Source: Alphaproteobacteria bacterium (GTDB lineage Bacteria; Pseudomonadota; Alphaproteobacteria; Methylaequorales; Methylaequoraceae). Taken from it: a stretch of 64,000 nucleotides of DNA. Where the stretch lies: assembly GCA_019650635.1 (NCBI GenBank), contig BOXE01000001.1, positions 76,193-140,192 of the forward strand, given 5' to 3'. Under the pieces are notes generated by a model that worked only from the letters and a program-made list of their open reading frames with translations, did no database searches and had not been told where the DNA came from. Positions within the stretch are counted from its first letter, which is position 1. Each line of letters starts with the position of its first letter. The position numbers and the translations under genes were made by a program. Positions 20,488 to 30,695 of this stretch are shown here, piece after piece.

Positions 20488-21402
20488 CTAATTTTTGAGT
20501 AATTTTATAAATATATCCTCTAAATCTGATTCTTTAGTTGTTATATCTTTTAAGTCTATCTTACTGTTAATAAATTCTTTTATCAATTCAGCAGTATTAA
20601 TTTCGTTTTTATTAAACTTAAGAGTAGCTGATTGATCGTCTTTCAAAATACAAAAGTCTTTAATTTTTTTGGGAAGGTTTTTTACTTTATTTGAAAACTC
20701 AACTTTAACTTCTTTTTCTTCAAGAATTTTTAGTAAATTTGTTTTAGTGTCGTTTGCTATAACTTTGCCTTTATTAATTACTGCAATCTCGTCACACAAC
20801 AATTCAGCTTCTTTAAGATAGTGTGTAGTCAAAATAATCGTGGTACCTTTTTTATTAAGTTCTTTTATTGACTTCCATAATTTTGCTCGAAGTTCAACAT
20901 CTACTCCAGCAGTCGGTTCGTCAAGAATCAGAACTGGAGGGTTATGTACCATTGCTTTCGCTACCATCAATCTTCTTTTCATTCCTCCTGATAAACTCCT
21001 AGCATATGCATCTGCTTTTTCTCCAAGTCCTAAGGTATTTAAAATTTCTTGATTCCTTATGTTTTTTTTTTCTACAGCATACATCCCAGCTTGTATGTTC
21101 ATAATTTCCATTGGTGTGAAAAATGGATCTATCATAATTTCTTGTGGAACAACACCTAGATTGCCTCTGACAGTTTTTGGATCAGTATCCAGATTTACCC
21201 CACACACAAATACTTCTCCACTAGTTTTATTAACTAATCCAGCTAAAATATTTATAAAAGTACTTTTTCCAGCTCCATTTGGACCTAACAAACCAAAAAT
21301 AGAGCCTTCATTAATTGACAAATCAATGTGATTGAGGGCGTATTTCGAACTCGTAAGATATTTTTTTGCTAATTTTTTAACACTAATTATTTTTCTTTTC
21401 AT
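20488..21402 (-). CDS. ABC transporter ATP-binding protein (ABC-2 exporter type)
   Basis: Walker A GPNGAGKST, signature LSGGMKRR, Walker B LILDEPTAGVD, H-loop TTHY. No permease gene is adjacent. Confidence 0.9.
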   Translation of the reverse strand: MKRKIISVKKLAKKYLTSSKYALNHIDLSINEGSIFGLLGPNGAGKSTFINILAGLVNKTSGEVFVCGVNLDTDPKTVRGNLGVVPQEIMIDPFFTPMEIMNIQAGMYAVEKKNIRNQEILNTLGLGEKADAYARSLSGGMKRRLMVAKAMVHNPPVLILDEPTAGVDVELRAKLWKSIKELNKKGTTIILTTHYLKEAELLCDEIAVINKGKVIANDTKTNLLKILEEKEVKVEFSNKVKNLPKKIKDFCILKDDQSATLKFNKNEINTAELIKEFINSKIDLKDITTKESDLEDIFIKLLKN

Positions 21403-21464
21403 GATTATATATTATATATGTATTCGATGTTTTAAAAATATGATATTTTTTGAACTTTAGTGTT

Positions 21465-21629
21465 ATGGACTTTAATTTTCAAACAGAAATAAAATATATT
21501 GATAGCGATACAGTAAGTTGTAGTGGAGACGGTCTCAAAGAATCTCATCCGTTGATTTATCTTGACCTATCATCTGGAAAAATTGCAACTTGCCCATATT
21601 GTAGTGCAAAATTTAAAAAGAAGATATGA
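21465..21629 (+). CDS. Small zinc-finger protein (zf-CHCC / NDUFS6-like domain)
   Basis: 54-aa ORF not in the track: MDFNFQTEIKYIDSDTVSCSGDG...HPLIYLDL...ATCPYCSAKFKKKI. Its stop overlaps the polA start (ATGA at 21626-21629). Confidence 0.6.
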   Translation: MDFNFQTEIKYIDSDTVSCSGDGLKESHPLIYLDLSSGKIATCPYCSAKFKKKI

Positions 21630-24409
21630 ATTCGGTTGGAAATGAATTAGTTCTAGTAGATGGTTCTGGATATATATTTAGAGCTTACTATGCTCTTCCT
21701 CCAATGTTTAGATCCGACGGACTACCAGTCAACGCAGTTTTTGGTTTTACCAATATGCTTCTTAAATTAATTGATGACATTCAAAGTGAGAAAGGGGGAA
21801 ATGTTGCAATCGCAGTGATATTTGATGCTGCAAGAAAGACATTTAGAAATGACATTTATCCAAACTATAAAGCAAATAGATCTGATCCTCCTGAAGACTT
21901 GAAACCTCAATTTGATATAATAAAAAAAGTTCCTGATGCCTTCAACCTTCAATCAATTGATTCATTAGGTTTCGAAGCTGATGATTTAATCGCATCTTAT
22001 TCAAAAAAAGCAAAAGCAGAAGGAAAAAAAATTACGATTATTTCTTCTGATAAAGATCTAATGCAACTTTTAGGTAAAAATGTTTCGATGATAGATCCAC
22101 TTAAAAAAAAGGAAATAACTTCAGAAAATGTAATTGAAAAGTTTGGCGTTGGTCCTGAAAAAGTTATTGAAGTTCAGGCATTGGCTGGAGATACCTCAGA
22201 TAATATTCCAGGTGTCCCAGGAATTGGTCCAAAAACAGCTTCACAATTAATAAATGAATATGGAAATATTGAAAATCTTATTGCAAATGTCAAAAATATA
22301 AAACAAGAAAAAAGAAAAGAGGCTATTTCAGAAAATAAAGATCTTCTAATTATATCGAAGAAGCTAGTAACTTTGAAAGATGATGTAGACCTCCCTGTTT
22401 CAATTGAAAAATTGAATTTTAAGCCATTAGAGGTTCAAAAACTTATTAAATTTTTAGATGAAATGGAGTTCAATAGAATTAAATCGTTAGTAACCAATAA
22501 ATTTGGTTCAAAAAATCAGCCACCTTCTGAAACGGAAGAACAAAATAATCAACAGAAAGATAATGAATATTTCACTCCTGTAAGAGAAAAAGTAAATCGC
22601 GGAATTTACGAATTAATTTTAAATGAAAAAGATTTAACAAAGTGGATCCAAAAAATTATTGAAAGTGGAGTTGTAGCGATAGATTGTGAAACAACTTCTC
22701 TGAGTGCTACTGAGGCAGAAATTGTTGGTTTTTCAATGTCTATAGAGAATAGCCAAGCATGTTATATTCCCTTAAATCATAAAGGATTGAAAAATCAAGT
22801 AGATTTAAATGTCTTTATTGAAAAAATTAAAATAATTTTAGAGGACAACTCAATACTGAAAATCGGACAAAACATTAAATATGATTTCATAATTCTCAAG
22901 GGATTAGGAGTCAGCATAAATAATATGGACGATACTATGCTTATGTCATATGTTTTGAGAACTGGTCAAAGAGGACACGGATTAGACGAACTGTCATCTG
23001 ATTTTTTATTTCATGAGACTATTAAATATTCAGATGTAACCGTAGTTGAAAAAAAAAAAATTTTGTTTTCAGAAGTTTCTGCGGATAAAGCAAAAAATTA
23101 TGCTGCTGAAGATGCAGATGTTACATATAGATTGTGGGAAATCCTTAAAATTTTATTAATCAAGGAAGGACTTTATGATTTTTATTTTTATGTTGAAAAA
23201 CCATTGATAGAAGTGATTGCAGAAATGGAGATTTCCGGATGTAAAGTTGATAATCCTAAATTAACCAAACTTTCTGGAGAATTTTCAGAAAAAATGTCAA
23301 TGATAGAAAGAGAAATTTTTAAGTTGAGCGAAGAAGATTTTAACATAGGATCACCAAAGCAATTGGGAGAAGTTTTATTTGATAAGCTTAAACTTCCTTA
23401 TGGTAAAAAAGGTAAAAGTGGGAACTATCAAACTGATGTTAAAGTTCTCGAAAAATTAAAATCTGAAAATTTTAATATTGCATCCTTAGTTTTGGATTGG
23501 AGACAATATTCAAAGTTGCGGGGTACATATTGTGAGGGTTTATTGTCAAGAGAAAATATTAAAACAAATAGAATTCACACATCGTTTGGTATGGCGAGCA
23601 CTTTAACTGGCAGACTTTCATCAAATGATCCTAATTTACAAAATATCCCAATTAAAACAGAGGAAGGAAGAGAAATTAGAAAAGTATTTATATGTGATGA
23701 AAAAAATCGAATCATCTCAATTGATTACTCTCAAATTGAATTAAGAATTTTAGCGCATGTTGCAAACATTAAAACTTTAATAAATGCTTTTGAAAATGAT
23801 AGTGATATTCATACTGTTACAGCTATGGAAGTCTTTCAGATTTCAAAAGACGAAGTTACTAATGAATTAAGAAGAAAGGCAAAGATAATTAATTTTGGAA
23901 TTATATATGGAATTTCTGCCTATGGTTTAGCTTTACAACTAGAAATCCCAAATAGTGAAGCAAAAATGTACATGGATCAATATTTTAAAAAATATCCGGG
24001 TATTAAAGATTACATGAGAAACACGATTCAAGAATGTAGATCGAATGGTTATGTCAAAACACCTTTCGGGAGAAGGATATTTATTCCATTTATAAATGAT
24101 AAAGTTGTTACAAGAAAAAATTTTGCTGAAAGATCTGCTATTAATGCTCCTATTCAGGGTGGAGCAGCAGATATGATAAAATTAGCTATGCCAAAGGTTC
24201 AGAAATTTTTAGTAGATGAGAAATTACAGACAAAGATCTTACTACAGGTTCATGATGAATTATTATTCGAATCTCCTCAAAGTGAAATAGATATAATTAA
24301 AAACAAGATTCCTGAAATAATGACAAGTTCACATAAAAATTTTATCTCTCTAAAAGTGCCAATCAAAGTTGATATAGGTGTTGGAAATAGTTGGGATGAT
24401 GCTCATTGA
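21626..24409 (+). CDS. polA: DNA polymerase I
   Basis: 927-aa intact ORF with a 5'-3' exonuclease N-terminus, a 3'-5' exonuclease domain (IDCETTS), and polymerase motifs DYSQIELR and QVHDELLFE. An A12 run (23049-23060) is in frame. Confidence 0.97.
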   Translation: MNSVGNELVLVDGSGYIFRAYYALPPMFRSDGLPVNAVFGFTNMLLKLIDDIQSEKGGNVAIAVIFDAARKTFRNDIYPNYKANRSDPPEDLKPQFDIIKKVPDAFNLQSIDSLGFEADDLIASYSKKAKAEGKKITIISSDKDLMQLLGKNVSMIDPLKKKEITSENVIEKFGVGPEKVIEVQALAGDTSDNIPGVPGIGPKTASQLINEYGNIENLIANVKNIKQEKRKEAISENKDLLIISKKLVTLKDDVDLPVSIEKLNFKPLEVQKLIKFLDEMEFNRIKSLVTNKFGSKNQPPSETEEQNNQQKDNEYFTPVREKVNRGIYELILNEKDLTKWIQKIIESGVVAIDCETTSLSATEAEIVGFSMSIENSQACYIPLNHKGLKNQVDLNVFIEKIKIILEDNSILKIGQNIKYDFIILKGLGVSINNMDDTMLMSYVLRTGQRGHGLDELSSDFLFHETIKYSDVTVVEKKKILFSEVSADKAKNYAAEDADVTYRLWEILKILLIKEGLYDFYFYVEKPLIEVIAEMEISGCKVDNPKLTKLSGEFSEKMSMIEREIFKLSEEDFNIGSPKQLGEVLFDKLKLPYGKKGKSGNYQTDVKVLEKLKSENFNIASLVLDWRQYSKLRGTYCEGLLSRENIKTNRIHTSFGMASTLTGRLSSNDPNLQNIPIKTEEGREIRKVFICDEKNRIISIDYSQIELRILAHVANIKTLINAFENDSDIHTVTAMEVFQISKDEVTNELRRKAKIINFGIIYGISAYGLALQLEIPNSEAKMYMDQYFKKYPGIKDYMRNTIQECRSNGYVKTPFGRRIFIPFINDKVVTRKNFAERSAINAPIQGGAADMIKLAMPKVQKFLVDEKLQTKILLQVHDELLFESPQSEIDIIKNKIPEIMTSSHKNFISLKVPIKVDIGVGNSWDDAH

Positions 24410-25194
24410 GAAATAGATGCTTGCTTATGCAGTTTTACAAAAACGCCTCTTAATTTTGATGCGTTGTCAATTGACCTTTCAAAACAATATCTTATAACTT
24501 TGTCTTTTTTTCTTAGATCAAATCCGTCTGGATCAACTCCAATAAGCTGCCAATTTTTTTTCAGGCTTAGAGAAATCCCTTTGATAAACTTTTTAACATA
24601 CAAATCGATTGATTCTTTATGATGGTCGTTCATATGTGATATGATGCTATTTTCAGATTCTTGAAAATTTTTGAAGTCGTTACATATGAGGTCCTTTTTT
24701 GAAAACCACTTTACACTAGCAAATCCACCTATTAGATGGGCTCCAATTATATCTAACCTATAAAAATTCATGTCGGAAAAGTTGGCGTACAAATTAGATG
24801 TAGGATGTCTATTTAAAAATCTAGTTTTGTGATTTAAATTTTTCGTTATTTTTAATTTTCCTATTAGTGTTACCCTTGGTCTTGACATTGGATCTTCATA
24901 ATTAAAAGGATTTTTTTTGAATTTAGGGAAATAGGGATACAGCTTTTGTTCTTCACAAAGCATAAGTGAAACCAAATTATCTTTAGAAATATTGGTGGTG
25001 TGTTCAGATAATTTTGAAAGTAGAACAATAGGACTTAAATCGTAATCAAACGCCGTTAGGGTGAAAGTTGAATAAGGAAAGGTTTGTTTGACATTAATTT
25101 TTTTAGCACCAAAGCTCTTTGGATCAAAACTAGTTGATAAATATCCTCTCGAAGAGGACCTTATTAATTGTCTTGTGGCGTAATTAATTTTCAT
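24403..25194 (-). CDS. Pyridoxamine 5'-phosphate oxidase-fold / DUF2470 protein (HugZ-like heme-utilisation family)
   Basis: The N-terminal half has VLLSKLSEHTTNISKDNLVSLML (split-barrel family pattern). The C-terminal half has ISHMNDHHKESIDLY (DUF2470-like). Confidence 0.65.
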   Translation of the reverse strand: MKINYATRQLIRSSSRGYLSTSFDPKSFGAKKINVKQTFPYSTFTLTAFDYDLSPIVLLSKLSEHTTNISKDNLVSLMLCEEQKLYPYFPKFKKNPFNYEDPMSRPRVTLIGKLKITKNLNHKTRFLNRHPTSNLYANFSDMNFYRLDIIGAHLIGGFASVKWFSKKDLICNDFKNFQESENSIISHMNDHHKESIDLYVKKFIKGISLSLKKNWQLIGVDPDGFDLRKKDKVIRYCFERSIDNASKLRGVFVKLHKQASISQ

Positions 25195-25242
25195 TCTTTT
25201 CTCTTAATATATTATGTATAATAACTTCAGGATTTAATTTAA

Positions 25243-25698
25243 ATGAAAAATTTCAAATACATACAATTTATATTTTTCTTAATATTATCAAATTCAGTAA
25301 ATTCAAATCAAGATTCCATAGTCTTTCACGGAGCTTATACATTTGAGACTTTTGATGGTCAAAGAGCATGTGCTGTATATGTTTCTATTTTCAATAATAC
25401 AAATAAGGATTTTTTAATAGAATCAATATCTACTAAAGTCGCTTCAAAAGCTGAAATTCATGAAATTGAAACTGAAAACGAAATTATAAAAATGAAAAAG
25501 AAAGAAAATTTTTTAATAAAATCTAAACAGCAAGTTTTTTTTCAACCTGGCGGAACTCATTTAATGTTAATGGGTTTAAAAAAAAAACTTGATGATGGAT
25601 CTTCTTTTAAGGTTGAGTTTTCATTAAATGACGGAAGTAAAAAGAAAGTTCCTGTTATGGTTTTAAATGAAAAATTGAAAGAGAACTTTATCGAGTAA
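25243..25698 (+). CDS. Periplasmic copper chaperone PCu(A)C (DUF461)
   Basis: Signal peptide plus an exact H-x10-M-x21-H-x-M motif (HEIETENEIIKM ... 21 residues ... HLM). Confidence 0.85.
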   Translation: MKNFKYIQFIFFLILSNSVNSNQDSIVFHGAYTFETFDGQRACAVYVSIFNNTNKDFLIESISTKVASKAEIHEIETENEIIKMKKKENFLIKSKQQVFFQPGGTHLMLMGLKKKLDDGSSFKVEFSLNDGSKKKVPVMVLNEKLKENFIE

Positions 25699-25699
25699 A

Positions 25700-26125
25700 A
25701 TGAATTTAAAGAGAATTCACAGCACGTCTGTGGTAATAGATGATAACGGAGTGTTAATTTTAGGTGATTCTGGTTCTGGAAAATCAGATTTAGCATTGAG
25801 ATTGATTGACAATGGCGCAACTTTAATTTCAGATGATATTTCGATTTGTAGAAAAAATTCAAATAATATTTATCTTTATTGTCCTCCAGAAATTAAGGGT
25901 TTGCTTGAAGTAAGAGAGATTGGAATAATTACAGTTCCTTTCGTCGAGAGAATAAAATTACGATTAGTTGTTAATTTGAAAAGTAATAATAATGAAAGGT
26001 TTCCAAAGGATAGTTCTTTTAGAATACTGGGAATTAAGATTCCTATCATCAATATTGAAGGAAAAAATTCATCGGCAGTTGCAAAGATTAAAGTAAAATT
26101 AAATGAGATTAGAGAAACAATATAA
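25700..26125 (+). CDS. hprK: HPr kinase/phosphorylase, short alphaproteobacterial form (C-terminal catalytic domain only)
   Basis: 141 aa with the P-loop GDSGSGKSDLALRLI followed by LISDD and GLLEVREIGI. Starts 1 nt after the PCuAC stop. Confidence 0.85.
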   Translation: MNLKRIHSTSVVIDDNGVLILGDSGSGKSDLALRLIDNGATLISDDISICRKNSNNIYLYCPPEIKGLLEVREIGIITVPFVERIKLRLVVNLKSNNNERFPKDSSFRILGIKIPIINIEGKNSSAVAKIKVKLNEIRETI

Positions 26126-26957
26126 AGTTTTCATAGTTACTGGATTGTCAGGTGCTGGTAGGTCATCAGCATTAAAAATTTTTGAAGATATGGGTTTTGA
26201 GGCAATCGATAATTTACCGACCTACCTTTTGAGTAATATAATAAACACGAAGATAAAAAGAAATCTTGCCGTCGGAATTGATGTTAGAACAAGAGACTTT
26301 GATCCAAAAAAAGTAGCTAAAGAGATTTCCCAAAAAAAAAAGAATTTAACTCTTTCAGTCATTTTTTTTGATTGCGACAACACAACTTTATTGAACAGGT
26401 TTAAAGAAAGTAGAAGGGTCCACCCTTTAAAATTAGATTTACCAATTGTAGAAAAAATTGAAGCAGAGAGAAATTGGCTTAAACCTTTATTGAATATTAA
26501 TGACTACTACATTGATACATCAAAATTTACTTTAAACCTTCTAAAAAATGAGATGCAAATTTTGTTTAAAAAACACTCTGACTCAAAAATTAACTTAAGA
26601 ATTATTTCTTTTGGATATAAATTTGGATTACCAAGAGAAGCAGATATTGTTTTCGATATGAGGTTTTTAAGGAATCCATTTTATGAAAAAAACCTAAAAA
26701 AATTTGATGGTAAAAACTTGAAAGTTATAAATTTTGTTAAAAAACAGAAGTATTTTGAATTTTTTTTGATAGTCTTTGCTACTGTTTAATAATATTCTTG
26801 AGGGATATAAAAAGAGGGAAAAGAACATATCACTATAGCATTTGGTTGTACAGGCGGAGTCCATAGATCTGTTGTATCCAGTGACCATTTCCTTAATTTA
26901 ATTAATAATAATAGAAAATTGAGAATTTTTATAGAACATAGAGATATAGCAAAATGA
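26103..26957 (+). pseudogene. rapZ: RNase adapter protein RapZ (YhbJ/YvcJ P-loop NTPase), one frameshift
   Basis: Walker A GLSGAGRSSALK. The frame switches at the T8 run 26760-26767. The C-terminus continues as ...HITIAFGCTGGVHRSV...EHRDIAK, and its stop overlaps the next ATG. Confidence 0.88.
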
Positions 26958-27352
26958 TTGGTGTAGTTTTAGTAAGTCATGAAAATATTGCAAAAGAGAT
27001 GCTTAGTGTCATACAACACATTGTTGGTCCTCAAGAAAACCTGATAGCAATATCTATCTTTCCTGAGGATGATATGGAGAAAAAAGATTACAAATTCTTG
27101 ACTCAGTAAAAAGTAGATGCAGGCAAAGGTGTAATTGTTTTAACTGATATGTTTGGTGGAACTCCTTCAAATCTAGCAATTTCCGTTATGGACAGCGAAA
27201 AAATTGAAGTTGTAGCTGGTGTAAATTTACCGATGTTGATTAAAATGATGTCGATTAGGGATAAAAAGTCAATTAAAGAGATAATAGCGATTTCACAAGA
27301 ATCAGGCCGAAAATATATAAATGTGGCTTCAGCATTTTTGAGGAAAAAAAGA
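26954..27352 (+). pseudogene. PTS EIIA component, mannose/fructose family (regulatory), frame locally scrambled; 3' boundary unresolved
   Basis: MIGVVLVSHENIAKEM (phospho-His region) and LTDMFGGTPSN. A stop appears between two runs (A6 27080-27085, A5 27108-27112), and opposite 1-nt changes there restore ...EKKRLQILDSVKVDAGKG.... No stop before the HPr module. Confidence 0.8.
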
Positions 27353-27640
27353 TTGGAACAAAAAAAAGTAGAAAGAAAAATATTAATAACTAATAAGCTA
27401 GGAATTCATGCGAGGGCTGCAGCAAAATTTGTAGAATTAACTTCCAAATGTGACTCAAAGTTTATTGTCAAAAAAGGTTCAAAGGTTGTAAACGGTTCCT
27501 CTCTTCTGGGTTTAATGACTTTGGCTGCCTCTAAAGGAACGGAAATAAAAGTTCAATGTATTGGAAGTAATTCAGAAAAGGATTTAAATAAACTAATTAG
27601 TTTAATAAAAAATAATTTTGGAGAAGAAAAACCTTTATCA
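27353..27640 (+). CDS. ptsH: Phosphocarrier protein HPr/NPr module (boundaries unresolved, in frame with EIIA and EI)
   Basis: His-15 context NKLGIHARAAAKF and Ser-46 context NGSSLLGLMTLAA. A possible own start is the TTG at 27353, preceded by GAGGA. Confidence 0.75.
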
Positions 27641-27658
27641 GAGAATACAGATAAAGAG

Positions 27659-29405
27659 TTGGTTTTAAAAGGAATTGGGGTTTCAAGTGGATATGCGATA
27701 GGAAGCTGCTTTGTAAAACAAAAAACAATCTTTCTAATGTAAGATATAATATTTCCATATCATCAGTACAAAAGAAATAATACGATTGGAAAAAGCAGTT
27801 AAAGTCTCTATTTTAGACATCAAAAAGATTATTAAGAAAATAACTCACATAAAAATGATATCTATAAAGAGATGAAATTTATGTTAGAGGCCAATATTTC
27901 AATTATTAGGTCATCATCACTTATGAAGGACGCAAAACAAAGAATAAGAGAGGACCTAATAAATGCAGAGTATGCAGTTGATGAAGTGCTTAATAAACAT
28001 TCAAAAATTTTTAAACGCATAAAGGACGATTACTTAAAAGACAGATTTGATGATGTGAGAGATGTTTGTACAAGAATAATTGAAAACCTTCAAAAAAAAA
28101 AGTTCAGACCAGTATTAAGAAAAATCAGATATTATTTTCGTCCGAGTTGAGTCCATCTGATCTATTGGCTAATGCAAAAATTAAATTTTTGGGACTAGCA
28201 AGTATGTTTGGAGGCCCTGAGGGTCATTTTGCAATAGTAGCTCGGTCTTTGTCGATTCCAACTGTAGTTGGTGTAAAAACGCTATTAAATATCTCAAAAA
28301 CGGTGAAAAAATTATAATAGACGGTGATAAAGGATTGTTGATCAAGAATCCTTCAAAAAGACAATATTAATATATAAAAAAAAATAGAAGAAAAAAAAAA
28401 TGAGGATCAAAAATTAAATTCATTTATTAAGACCATTCCAGTTACTAAAGATAAAAAAGAGTAAGAATTGAGGCTAATGTTGATGATTCTGATGAAGTTA
28501 AAATATCAATGAAAAAAAGGGAATAGATGGTATTGGTTTATACAGGACGGAGTATCTTTTTATGAACAAAAAAACCATACCCTCGGAACAAGATCAATTT
28601 AATTCGATTAAAAAAACTCTTATGCATTTGAAAGGAAAGCCACTAACAATTAGAACATTAGACGTTGGTAATGATAAAAAAGTGCCATCTATAGAAAAAT
28701 ATTTAACAAAATCACCTAATCCTGCTTTGGGGCTTAGAGCTATAAGACTGACATTAGCTTTTCCAAAAATTTTTAAAAGACAAATTACGGCTATCCTAAG
28801 GGCAAGCTCGTACGGAATATAAGGATAATGTTACCAATGGTTTCAAATGTATCAGAGTTAATTGAGACAAAAAAATAATAACAGAAGTAAAAAAGGATTT
28901 ATTAAAAAAAATAAAAGGTTAAAGATTACTACTCCTAAGATTGGAGTATTAATTGAAACACCCGCTGCGGCTTTGATATCTGAGGAGTTAGCTAAAAATT
29001 GTGATTTTTTTGCGATTGGTACGAATGATTTAACAATGTACACTTTAGCCATAGATAGAGGTGATGAGGAAGTTGCTAAAATATATGATCCTGGACATCC
29101 TTTCTGTTTTAAAACTAATTCACATGACTGCAAGGTCGGCAGACAGAAATAAAATTCCTGTAAGTATTTGCGGAGAGATGGCTGGAGATACATTATTTAC
29201 TTCAATTCTTATTGGAATGGGTATAAGAACACTGTCAATGAGTACATCTCGAATATTGAAAGTAAAGCAATATTTAAGTCAAGTAAATTCAAATGAAGTA
29301 AAAAAAATTTCAGATGATATTTTCAAACAAGATGATAATGTGGTGATAAAAAATATTTTGTACAACTACAACCAAGAAATTAATAAAAGGATAAGAGAAA
29401 AAAAT
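27659..29405 (+). pseudogene. ptsI: PTS enzyme I (PtsI type, no GAF domain), at least ten frame interruptions
   Basis: Pieces follow in order across frames: LVLKGIGVSSGYAIG; GGPEGHFAIVARSLSIPTVVG (active His); GIDGIGLYRTEYLF; LTIRTLDVGNDK; IMLPMVSNVSE; [11 protein letters not shown]; [15 protein letters not shown]; ICGEMAGD (Cys). No stop before ahcY in the final frame. Confidence 0.85.
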
Positions 29406-30690
<1,285 letters not shown>

Positions 30691-30695
30691 CAAAA

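Noticed and set aside
17342-21402. A possible tRNA-associated genomic island, given tRNA-Arg followed by a transporter, tiny unknown ORFs, a lipase and an orphan ABC ATPase.
   Set aside because: There is no integrase, no direct repeat of the tRNA 3' end, and no obvious compositional break. The genes are ordinary metabolic types, so the evidence is insufficient.
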